64,000 nt of DNA. Origin: an uncultured bacterium (lineage in GTDB: Bacteria; CSSED10-310; CAZUFC01). The position numbers and the translations under genes are program-made. Shown here piece after piece: positions 30,028 to 39,161 of the stretch. Location of the stretch: the NCBI GenBank assembly GCA_964619725.1, contig CAZUFC010000009.1, positions 32,001 through 96,000 of the forward strand, read 5' to 3'. Each line of letters opens with the position of its first letter. Within the stretch, counting starts at the first letter, position 1. Under the pieces are notes generated by a model. It was not told the origin of the DNA. It was given only the letters and a program-made list of their open reading frames with translations, and made no database searches.

Positions 30028-33000
30028 TGATTGACCTTCTCCATTATTTCTTCGCCGAATGGCGAGAATTTCTGTATTCGGGCGTTCAGACTGTCCGTCA
30101 CGTAAAGGTTGCCTTCTGCGTCAAAGTCTATTCCTATCGGCCAGTTGAATTGTCCGCTTGCCGCTCCTGCGCTCTCCCATACCGCCAGCAGGTTGCCTTC
30201 AAGATTGTATATCTGCAGACGATTATTCCGGCTGTCGGTCGCAACAAGCAAACCGTCAGGACTCATGGCCAGGAAAGGCTCCGAATAAAACTCTTCCCAT
30301 CCCAGAACATACCAGTCCGCCTGATGCTTTCCATCTTCGTTAAAAACGGAAATCCTCTGGTTGGCCGTATCCGCCACATAAACCTTTCCGTCATTTCCCA
30401 GCTCTATGCCGACCGGCTCGAATAACTTGCCCGGTTCATCCCCTTTTTCGCCCCAGAACCTGCTGTTCTTTAAATCAGACTCTACCTTGTGCACCCTCTG
30501 CAATCCCGTGTCGACTATGTACATTACACCCTTTTCGCTCACCGCTACGTCTTTCGGCGCCCACATGTTGTGAGGACTGCGCCATTCCGTTTTAAATTTG
30601 CCTTCTGAATCGAATATCTGTATGCGATGATTCCACGTGTCGGCGACATAAACATCGCCATTCCCGGCGATTCCCAGTCCTACCGGTGTATGAAATTCTC
30701 CCGGTCCTTCGCCTCTCTTTCCCCATTCCGTTATAAACTGACCGTTTAAATCAAATTTCTGGATACGGTGATTCTGACTGTCCGCTACGTATACATGTCC
30801 GTCAGGCGATACGGCAATATCTTTCGGGTCCTTGAATTCTCCCGCTCCTGAACCGCTCCTTCCCCATATCTTTAAAGCCTTCTTGTCCTCCAGCGTCGTC
30901 ATACCCTTCTCGTTGACGACTACGCGTCCCTTTTCCTTCGGTATGATAAGGCTGGGATCACGACGATAGGGCGCGACCTGGTTCTTTTCCATTTCCTGAT
31001 TTATCTCGAATATGTTCACCTCATTCCTGTCATAAACCAGTTCACCCAGATTCTTGAATTTCTCCCGTCCGTTCTGATCGTACGAATAAAATTCCTTGTT
31101 CTCCAAAGAACCGATAAAAACATACCTTACGTCATATTTCCTCAACAAATCATATACTTCCTTCGTGTCCAGACTCTTATACATAGTCCTTACATCATTT
31201 GTCCGGTCACCCGATTTCTTCCAGCTCCAATCACGCCACAATGCTTCATGATTTCCCCATCCGATCACCGTCGGAAAACCGGTCATAGTCGATACCCGGC
31301 CGTGATAACTGTAAGGCGCTCCAGTCGCCTCCAGCACTACCGGCTCATCCTCCAGGTTCTCCATCATCCACTGAATCGCCTTGTAATCCTGAGGAAAACG
31401 TTCCCTTATGTATGCGAAACCGTTCAATGTAGGACGACCCATCTTCTTCTCAAAATAATCCGTCTTTACTCCTATCGCCTGGATGGGATAAATCATGGAC
31501 GCAGCGAATAAAAAAACCGTCCCGAACCGGAATATGTTGGCCCATACCTTCTTGTCGCGCTCTGCAAAGGCGCTGAATACATAATAAAATGAAGCTGCAC
31601 CCGACAGACTGAGAAATATCCAGGCTACATAATAAAACTTGAACACCGTATTCATCCGGGCCGCACTGACTCCATAAAAGTCCTTGATGTATACGAATTC
31701 GCAACCCAGCAGGACGGAAAAAGCCACCAGAATTAACGACATGTTCAGTTTCTCGTGACGCTCTCCTTTATGAAAAAAGAGAAGATATGCCGCCGCCAGA
31801 AGCAGAAATGACAATAAACTTATCGTGAAATTCTGGAAAATAACGCATGTGCTCAACATCGCCAATACGGAAACGATCAAACCGATGAGCTTGCCCTTCT
31901 TTACTAAAGACGACCGGTATATCCAGATTACCGCCATGAAAAAAGCCGCCAGAAAAATCAGGAAAAAATGTATGGTTAGAAACTGACCCACCATGGAACG
32001 ATGATGAGGTTCCAGAAACTTAAGCTTCGCTGCAGGCGGCGAATAGTGCATGAAAAACGGTAAAAAAAGCACGAAACGTATCAATACGAAAATGATTCCA
32101 AGACTCAGAACCCAACTGACTGCCGTTTTCACCCTATCAGGTGCCTTCCATGTGGCGTGAACAGGATCATAGTGAAACAGAACCCAACTGACTGCCGTTT
32201 TCACCCTTTCAGGAGACAAAATGCCGACGACGATGAACATCACTCCGGCTAAAAGGAAGTAAGTCGGAAGGTCCCAATAATTGCCGCAGATAAGACTGCC
32301 TAAGGAAATCGTGAAAAACAGAAGCGCAAGTCCGTTCGTTTTTTCCTTTTTTACCCATTCCCACACCGGTTCGCGGACGTTTTTAAAAAACATGAAAAGA
32401 AAATGCAAAACCAGCAGCGAAAGAGGAACGGCCAGCAGATGAGCATGAAGGTCCCCCAGAATGTAACTGAATATAGGCGTTTCATTTATTGTCGCATCCA
32501 CTTCCTTGGAACCCGGCGTTCCCGGCGGAATCGTCAACGTCAGTATGTCGGATGCCGGACGGTCCTTGATTAATCCCTCACCTCCGAACAACTTCTTGAA
32601 AAATTCCACGAAATACTTGTAAATGTGAGTCTCGCCGTCTACCGTTATCTGATGCTTCGTTATGACGCGAGAACCCTTCCATAACTCCAGCGGACCGAAT
32701 TTCTTCCCGGACAACAGGTACAAAAATCCGTAAAGATTGCCCATGACGTTCAAAAACAAAGCCGCCGCTACGCCGATCAGCCTCTTTCCCGTTAAATTGT
32801 AGAGCAGAGAAAATGCCGCCGTGATCGCCGAAGCGAATATCATGCATAACGCAAGATTGTAAGCCTTCCAAGGCATAATCGCCGCCAGCTTCAACGGCAC
32901 AGCCTGCACAAAATATCCGTAATAATAATAATTTATATAATTTTCAGGCCCGGAAAACCATACGTCAGGAGGAGGCAGACTGTCCGTACGCAATATGGCA

Positions 33001-33422
33001 TGAAAAAACGCCATGTCTGGAAATTTCTCCGCCGCATATAAATTCACGTCATAAGATATCTCGGGATTATAAGAACGGATGAACGCAAACAGCAGAAAAG
33101 AAACGATGAAAAGTCCCTCAATCAGATAAATCAGGTTCCGCTTTTCACTGAATAATCCCTTAATGTCCTCGCTGTTCTTCCGGTATATTAAAAATGAAAG
33201 ACACCCTAAAAGCGCCAGGATGAGTCCGATGGTCCAACGAGTAAAAGGAAGAATACCAAGAATGGGCAATATCCACACCAAAAAAGAAAGAATTACGGGG
33301 CCCAGAATCTTACCGATCCCATATCCTTCATCCCGCTCCCGGCGAAATATCAACCACGTTATCGGCAACGTCAAAAAATGAATGATCTCAACGACTATTA
33401 AAAAAGTAAGCGTTTCTTTCAT
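30024..33422 (-). CDS. DUF2298 / Chlor_Arch_YYY-like polytopic membrane protein fused to C-terminal NHL beta-propeller
   Basis: EKFPDMAF, PPPDVWFSG..INYYYYG, GDLHAH, NYWDLP, RMNTVFKFYY, TVIGWGNHE motifs; NHL repeats (YVADTWNHRIQ); likely start MKETL at 33422. Confidence 0.82.
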   Translation of the reverse strand: MKETLTFLIVVEIIHFLTLPITWLIFRRERDEGYGIGKILGPVILSFLVWILPILGILPFTRWTIGLILALLGCLSFLIYRKNSEDIKGLFSEKRNLIYLIEGLFIVSFLLFAFIRSYNPEISYDVNLYAAEKFPDMAFFHAILRTDSLPPPDVWFSGPENYINYYYYGYFVQAVPLKLAAIMPWKAYNLALCMIFASAITAAFSLLYNLTGKRLIGVAAALFLNVMGNLYGFLYLLSGKKFGPLELWKGSRVITKHQITVDGETHIYKYFVEFFKKLFGGEGLIKDRPASDILTLTIPPGTPGSKEVDATINETPIFSYILGDLHAHLLAVPLSLLVLHFLFMFFKNVREPVWEWVKKEKTNGLALLFFTISLGSLICGNYWDLPTYFLLAGVMFIVVGILSPERVKTAVSWVLFHYDPVHATWKAPDRVKTAVSWVLSLGIIFVLIRFVLFLPFFMHYSPPAAKLKFLEPHHRSMVGQFLTIHFFLIFLAAFFMAVIWIYRSSLVKKGKLIGLIVSVLAMLSTCVIFQNFTISLLSFLLLAAAYLLFFHKGERHEKLNMSLILVAFSVLLGCEFVYIKDFYGVSAARMNTVFKFYYVAWIFLSLSGAASFYYVFSAFAERDKKVWANIFRFGTVFLFAASMIYPIQAIGVKTDYFEKKMGRPTLNGFAYIRERFPQDYKAIQWMMENLEDEPVVLEATGAPYSYHGRVSTMTGFPTVIGWGNHEALWRDWSWKKSGDRTNDVRTMYKSLDTKEVYDLLRKYDVRYVFIGSLENKEFYSYDQNGREKFKNLGELVYDRNEVNIFEINQEMEKNQVAPYRRDPSLIIPKEKGRVVVNEKGMTTLEDKKALKIWGRSGSGAGEFKDPKDIAVSPDGHVYVADSQNHRIQKFDLNGQFITEWGKRGEGPGEFHTPVGLGIAGNGDVYVADTWNHRIQIFDSEGKFKTEWRSPHNMWAPKDVAVSEKGVMYIVDTGLQRVHKVESDLKNSRFWGEKGDEPGKLFEPVGIELGNDGKVYVADTANQRISVFNEDGKHQADWYVLGWEEFYSEPFLAMSPDGLLVATDSRNNRLQIYNLEGNLLAVWESAGAASGQFNWPIGIDFDAEGNLYVTDSLNARIQKFSPFGEEIMEKVNQ
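32106..32207. repeat. In-frame 30-bp perfect direct repeat, 72-nt period
   Basis: CAGAACCCAACTGACTGCCGTTTTCACCCT at 32106 and 32178; encodes RVKTAVSWVL twice. Confidence 0.9.
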
Positions 33423-33820
33423 AGTATTCCCCCTCTTGAAAAACCGCACGGTTTTTCGCCGAAATACTTCTGCGCAGCGGAGTATAACACTATGTCAAGT
33501 TCTGTGCAATGACAGAATTGTCCTTGACATAACCACTGATCGACATGACCGGATCGGCTTTTCATTTCCTCTTCACATCCCACCCTTTTCTCATTTTTCT
33601 CCGTCCACGAGCACCGATTTTTATCGAATGACAAGGCAATACAACGACAGGACCGAGTCCGGAAGGGACGCCGATTCAAAATTTTTGAATGGACGACCAG
33701 GCAAAAAAATATTTGATTTCCAATCAACGGTAATCCTATAATGCATTGATTAAAAAGGGTTAACCAGTGGTCAAGCCAGGCATCAAATTCAGATTTGCCG
33801 ATCATTTCAAATTACCAAAT

Positions 33821-33853
33821 TCAAAAAATTTGAAAAAAATTCAAATTTTTTGA
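33821..33853. repeat. AT-rich perfect inverted repeat
   Basis: TCAAAAAATTTGAA-AAAAA-TTCAAATTTTTTGA (14-bp arms). Confidence 0.75.
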
Positions 33854-33887
33854 CCCCCGGAATCAAAAATTTGAACTTGAGTGCTCC

Positions 33888-34125
33888 TAACCCATTCTAA
33901 AATCATTCGCAGATTTTTAGGCACGAAAAATGCTCCTCTTCTCAGAGTCGGCTTCGGCCCGAATGCAGACAAACTTACGTCCGATGGAAGGCAGGGGGCA
34001 GGCTCTGAAAGCCCATGCTTCAGCAGCAGGATTCTGCCCGATGAAGTAAAAGTCCGAGCCGAAACCGGACGTGGGGGAGGGCCCGAAAAAAGAGGCGGGA
34101 TTTATCCTTGTTTTACAATAAGTTA
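33888..34125. repeat. About 240-bp nested palindromic non-coding element (MITE-like or structured RNA)
   Basis: Ends TAACCCATTCTAAAA / TTTTACAATAAGTTA pair at 12 of 15; inner arms GTCGGCTTCGGCCCGAA / GTCCGAGCCGAAACCGGAC; central hairpin CTGAAAGC-CCAT-GCTTCAG. Confidence 0.5.
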
Positions 34126-34261
34126 AGCCACCCCAGGCGTTCCGTGCTCCCCTTACGGCTCCATTCCTCTCTGGAATCTCAGTTTTCGGCACTTTCCGGC
34201 CGTTCAGCGTCGACTGTACGGCTCACTCGCTGATACCTCGCAGCATTCGGATAAACTCTGG

Positions 34262-34867
34262 CTACGGCAATATACTTTTAACGAAATGAAACACGCGCCT
34301 CACTGCCGGATTCTTAACGTACCATCCCTTGTTGGCGTGAGGAAAAGGCATGTCCGGAATATCTCTGCCGAGAAAACGGCATAGCTTGCTCCAACCGTCA
34401 CCTTCTTCCCAATTGTGGATCAGCAAATCTTCAGGGCGGTCGGAAAAATAACTGATCACTTTCTGGTTGTGCCTTTCATATCTTTGGATGAGTTGTTTTT
34501 CATCGACATGGGGAAAGGGCAACCCGTAAAGAATACGCCGCATTTCGTTCAATTCATCGGAAACTTTAATTTCGTTGTCCAGCATATTTTTATAACTGCG
34601 AAACCACTTTTCAGGGGTTCTTTTCGTCAGGATAAATCGACTGTGCGGAAAAGCCTGGTCGAGTTCCCTGTATAAGATTATCCACGGCCAGTCTTCAAAC
34701 GAGTCTTTTTTCTCCGCCAACGCCATGATACGGGATAAATCTTTTTTCGCTACATCTTTTATTAAATGCAGCGCTTTGCTTTGATGATCGTATCCCAGAA
34801 TTTTGAGACACTCTCCCAGCGTCGTCGTGCCTGTCCTGGCCCAGCCAATGCCGAAGACCTTTTTCAT
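34262..34867 (-). CDS. Sulfotransferase-family protein
   Basis: KVFGIGWARTGTTTL (PAPS-binding loop), DWPW, SRFILTKR, GDGWSKLCRFLG..PFPHAN. Confidence 0.8.
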   Translation of the reverse strand: MKKVFGIGWARTGTTTLGECLKILGYDHQSKALHLIKDVAKKDLSRIMALAEKKDSFEDWPWIILYRELDQAFPHSRFILTKRTPEKWFRSYKNMLDNEIKVSDELNEMRRILYGLPFPHVDEKQLIQRYERHNQKVISYFSDRPEDLLIHNWEEGDGWSKLCRFLGRDIPDMPFPHANKGWYVKNPAVRRVFHFVKSILP

Positions 34868-35170
34868 AATGTCCTCTCCCGGTTTCCGTCACATTTTTTT
34901 ATCTGTTCATTAACCTGCAATGCTGATTTCTGCGAAGGCCGCTTAACCGAATAATATCGGCGCTTCCAGCATTAACTTTAATCTTCCTTCGTTTTTTGTC
35001 AATGAACAGGACTAGAATTTCCAGGCGGAGATTCGACACCCTGAGATAAGGACTTTCCATCAAAGTCCACCCTTTTTTCAATCGTGAATTTCTTAAAATT
35101 CCGTGAATGTGGTAAACTCTTCTCGGCTAAAGGATGAATGATTCATTCATCGGGGAGTTGATGGAAAGCC

Positions 35171-36097
35171 ATGTCGAAAGATCACGAAGGACATAGTCAC
35201 AGCCTGGTCGATACGAAGAGTTTAGGCGTTGCGTTTTTGCTCAACTTCGTGTTCACCGTTATAGAGATCATTGGAGCGCTATGGTCGAACAGTACGGCTA
35301 TCCTTGCGGATGCCGTTCATGATCTCGGCGATTCTCTGGCGCTGGGATCAGCCTGGTACCTGGAACGCTTTTCCGCTCACAAGGGCGATGACCGTTTTTC
35401 TTTCGGATACCGCCGGTTTTCGTTACTGGGAGTCGTATTAAACACAGCAGTCTTATCTGCCGGCGCCGTTATTGTTCTCACCAGAGCTGTTCCCCGTCTG
35501 TTCGATCCAGAACCGGCCAATGCCCCTGTCATGCTGGGTTTCGCCGTCCTGGGCATTATCATCAATGGAGCGGCTGTCCTTCGGTTACGCAACCGCAAAG
35601 GTCTTAACGCCAGAGTCGTTTTCTGGCATCTCCTGGAAGACGTCCTGGGCTGGGCCGCCATCCTCCTGGTCGGCATAGTCCTCATGTTCCGGGACTTTTA
35701 TATTCTCGATCCGCTTCTCTCCATACTCATTACCGCCTATGTCCTCATTAAAATAATGGGCAATTTCAAATCCACATTGAAAATATTTCTTCAAGCCGTC
35801 CCGGAAGGCATCAATCTCACCTCAATCGAAAATGCCCTTCAAAAAGTCCCCGGCGTATGCAAAGTTCATCATGCGCACATCTGGTCTCTCGACGGCCTGA
35901 ATCACATTTTCTCCGCTCGCATACTCCTGGAAAAAAACGAGCAAAAAGATGAAATGATCGCCATAAAAAATGAAATAAGATCAATCCTGAACCGGCTCGG
36001 TATTAAACACAACACTATTGAGCTGGAATATCCCGGGGAAGAATGCGATATGGATAGCGATATGTGCCGACCGAACGGCGAATGTTTCGATCAATGA
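35171..36097 (+). CDS. Cation diffusion facilitator (CzcD/ZitB-like Zn/Co/Cd exporter)
   Basis: His-rich N-terminus; ILADAVHDLGD, FSFGYRR, HLLEDVLG, HIWSLDG. Confidence 0.92.
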   Translation: MSKDHEGHSHSLVDTKSLGVAFLLNFVFTVIEIIGALWSNSTAILADAVHDLGDSLALGSAWYLERFSAHKGDDRFSFGYRRFSLLGVVLNTAVLSAGAVIVLTRAVPRLFDPEPANAPVMLGFAVLGIIINGAAVLRLRNRKGLNARVVFWHLLEDVLGWAAILLVGIVLMFRDFYILDPLLSILITAYVLIKIMGNFKSTLKIFLQAVPEGINLTSIENALQKVPGVCKVHHAHIWSLDGLNHIFSARILLEKNEQKDEMIAIKNEIRSILNRLGIKHNTIELEYPGEECDMDSDMCRPNGECFDQ

Positions 36098-36420
36098 GCC
36101 TTCATCAGACATAAAATCCCAAATTCAATCGGCTCTTCTGTGATAATCTGCTCCTCTCTGCATTTTACCAACAGACTCATCCGGCAAGTGGTTTTCAACA
36201 GTTTTTAGTCTCTCCCACTTCAACACTAAAAATCACCGCGATAGATGAGATATCGGGGCTAAATTACGCAAATTCTGTATTGGCCCTTCATGCTCATGGT
36301 GAGTCTCCCCATCTTCGCGAAAATCCACTTCGGTAAATCGGAAACTCCAACTAAGAAGATTCTTACATCTCAATCGTCATTAAATTAGCCCGGTTCATTT
36401 CATTCCCTCATTACCAGCTT

Positions 36421-36555
36421 GTTTTTGTCCGTAAACGGCGAATTTCCCCCAATGCTTCGTCAGGCTGTGAACTTGCTCAGTCAACATATAAGCAAATACC
36501 CCTACCGTGCAAATCATTGCCTTAAGAAAAATTCGCTCGTTTATGGATCAAAAAC
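36421..36555. repeat. Dispersed palindromic intergenic element, copy C (135 bp, about 25-bp imperfect terminal inverted repeats)
   Basis: Left GTTTTTGTCCGTAAACGGCGAATTT versus reverse complement of the right end GTTTTTGATCCATAAACGAGCGAATTT. Confidence 0.7.
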
Positions 36556-36848
36556 CCAAGTGGCTGTCCAGCATTAAATTTTGAATCGAGAATCGAGTTT
36601 GTGCACAGACACTAGCTTGTTGTATCTTGAATACGGACTCCAACCCGTGATGTCGATCAATTGTTAAACGGTTTCTAACCCATAGAATACCAGTCATTTT
36701 CTATTGTTGACTCTCTAATTTTTTTTTGTTATTTTCATTTGAGTTATACTTTTCTGAGTGAATTTGGAGGCACATTATTTATTTTACCTTCAAAAATCTA
36801 ACATTTAAGGAGACAGGACGTGAGCTTAAATTCTGATAAAACAAATAG

Positions 36849-39161
36849 ATGGCTCCCAACTGCCTGAAATTTAACATGAAAGAGCTCAAAGAATTCCTGC
36901 AATTAAAAAGGAATATTCAGAATTCAGAATACCTGGCAGATGCTTTCAAAATGGCGGCACGGTTTTTGATGGATGTAATTGGTTTCGAAGAGTTAGGTTT
37001 AGTTGTCAAAAAGGAACAGAAAGGAATTGATTACAGCTTTTACAATTATGATAAGTCGGGTTTTAAGCAATCTTCAACCTTACCCAAATCTATTCAACCA
37101 TGGAATCAAGCGCCGGAACTTTTGAAGAAAGCAAACGAACCGGTTACCCTTCTAAGGATTAAAAAAAATTCAAAATCGGAACCAATATGGTTATGCTGTT
37201 GTAATGGTGAAACTTCATTACAGGCTGCTGGAATGCTTGCAGGAAAAATATCGGAAAAAAAACCTGAATTGGAAATCATAAAAGAAATAATGGTTGAGAC
37301 TTCAACTCTTCTGTATTCTCTGTTTCCCGAACCGAGAAGGAGCGATCCAGATAAAGTGATACCTTTCGGAAAGAACGGAGAAGCCGATCCCAGGACTCCT
37401 TTTATTGAGAGAACGATTAACATGATTACCGAAAAACTTAACCCTAACGCAACAGCAGTGGGAATACTTGATAATACTGAGGAAATGCTGATAGTGCGCC
37501 AGAAATGGTCTCGGGGATTGGAGGGATTCCCTGACGAACTAAAGTTTGTTCCCAGTAAAGGTATAACAGGGAGAGTATTGAGTGAATTAAAGACTGTTAT
37601 AATTGAAGACATTTCAAAAATACGCAAGGAGGACCCGCAAGCTTATATTTTAGCTCCTTTTACGGGGGTGCTGTCTTCCATTGCAGCGCCTGTAAAACGA
37701 GGAAGAAGATTGTATGGTGTATTGGTAGTTGATTCCGCCCGTCGTTCCGCATTCGATGAAAAATCCAGAGAGTACATTACTGAAGCGGCAGAAGAATTGG
37801 GAATGCATCTTGCCCGGATAGAAAATCAGGAACGACAAAGAAGGACGGAAGAGCAAAGAAAAAGTTTCGATCATCTCCATGAAATAATGAGCAGCGTGGC
37901 TTTACAGTTAAGTGAGCTTGCTTCGACTCAAGGTATTTTTGATGAGATTTCAGGAAAGCTTGCAAACGTAATTCCGTGTGACGGTTGCGGAGCTTTTTCT
38001 CTTTCTAATGACGGATCAACTGTTGAAATAGTCGCCCATCACAACCTTCCAATCCAAAGTTTTCACAGATTCAGAAATCGACTTGCACGAAGCCCGATCG
38101 GTGATGTAATCAGAGAAGGAAAAACATATCTGGAAGCCAATGCTCAGGGTCCAAGAAGCATGCCCGTATTTACGAACCTGTTGAACTGGCTTGAATTCAA
38201 GTCATGCATTATCGTTCCCATTCTACGTGCTGAAAATATGCCTTTAGCTTTGATGGCCATACATGAACAGCCGAATAAATATTCAGATATTCATTTAGGA
38301 GAATTGTTGCAGGTGGCTGGACTCCTGACGGTTATGGAACCCTTACGAAGGTTTGAAGATACAGTTCGACGGATAGCGCCCAGCTTGAATTATGCTTTAC
38401 TTTCAGCCGGGGCTCATCATGAAGTGAAAAACGCGTTGCATGTAATGAATCCGGCTTTGTTCGGCTTCAATGAATTACTGGAAAAATCGCCCGAGGAAAT
38501 CATAAATATTCTAAAGATCGAAGATCAATTTCAAAAATATAAAAACTGGGCTGCAGATGCATTGAATCAGGAAGAGCAAATAAATCGCTGGATAAGCAAT
38601 TTAGTCGGTTATTTAAAGGTATGCGGCGAACAGCGTGTGGAACTTCGGCTTTTCGAGTTAATAGAGCAAGCGATGTCTGCAGTAAGATTCCAGGCGGAAA
38701 ACAGAAGAGTAAACTTAGATATCGATGGTGATGACTCCATAACAATAGTGACTGAACCTGTCAGGTTGAGGCAAGTACTCGTAAATTTGTTATTAAACGC
38801 CATATATGCAGCCTCTATAGGACCTAATAAAGATAATGCAAAAGTGAAATGTCTGTTTTTTCTTTTGGAAAATGATGTTGACGAAGAAATAATTATTGAA
38901 ATCAACGATAATGGTCCAGGAATTTCTAAAGGACTAAAAACGAAAATATTTCGTCCTGGTTTTACTACACGAAAAGAGGGGGGGACAGGTCTCGGTCTCT
39001 GGATATGTCGCTTGTTCGTTGATGAGTTGAGAGGGCATCTCGATTTTGAATCAATCATAAATAAAGAAACAACGTTCATAATTAAATTACCGTTAAATTT
39101 GGATGACGATTTCTCATTGTCATCAGGTAGAGGCGGAGGACATATTGATGAATATGGGTAA
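36849..39161 (+). CDS. Cytoplasmic GAF-GAF sensor histidine kinase
   Basis: GAF signatures (KGITGRV, SSIAAPV..LYGVLVVDS..AF); H-box HHEVKN, N-box VNLLLNA, DNGPGI, FTT and GTGLGL; no TM segments seen. Start may be 36877. Confidence 0.9.
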   Translation: MAPNCLKFNMKELKEFLQLKRNIQNSEYLADAFKMAARFLMDVIGFEELGLVVKKEQKGIDYSFYNYDKSGFKQSSTLPKSIQPWNQAPELLKKANEPVTLLRIKKNSKSEPIWLCCCNGETSLQAAGMLAGKISEKKPELEIIKEIMVETSTLLYSLFPEPRRSDPDKVIPFGKNGEADPRTPFIERTINMITEKLNPNATAVGILDNTEEMLIVRQKWSRGLEGFPDELKFVPSKGITGRVLSELKTVIIEDISKIRKEDPQAYILAPFTGVLSSIAAPVKRGRRLYGVLVVDSARRSAFDEKSREYITEAAEELGMHLARIENQERQRRTEEQRKSFDHLHEIMSSVALQLSELASTQGIFDEISGKLANVIPCDGCGAFSLSNDGSTVEIVAHHNLPIQSFHRFRNRLARSPIGDVIREGKTYLEANAQGPRSMPVFTNLLNWLEFKSCIIVPILRAENMPLALMAIHEQPNKYSDIHLGELLQVAGLLTVMEPLRRFEDTVRRIAPSLNYALLSAGAHHEVKNALHVMNPALFGFNELLEKSPEEIINILKIEDQFQKYKNWAADALNQEEQINRWISNLVGYLKVCGEQRVELRLFELIEQAMSAVRFQAENRRVNLDIDGDDSITIVTEPVRLRQVLVNLLLNAIYAASIGPNKDNAKVKCLFFLLENDVDEEIIIEINDNGPGISKGLKTKIFRPGFTTRKEGGTGLGLWICRLFVDELRGHLDFESIINKETTFIIKLPLNLDDDFSLSSGRGGGHIDEYG

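Noticed and set aside
32106-32207. Minimal CRISPR (30-bp repeat, 42-bp spacer)
   Set aside because: Only two copies, in frame inside a CDS, not palindromic, no cas genes.
34195-34230. Group II intron domain V-like GAGCCGTA hairpin on the minus strand
   Set aside because: The helix is too short and lacks the usual DV geometry; no RT gene or other intron domains seen.
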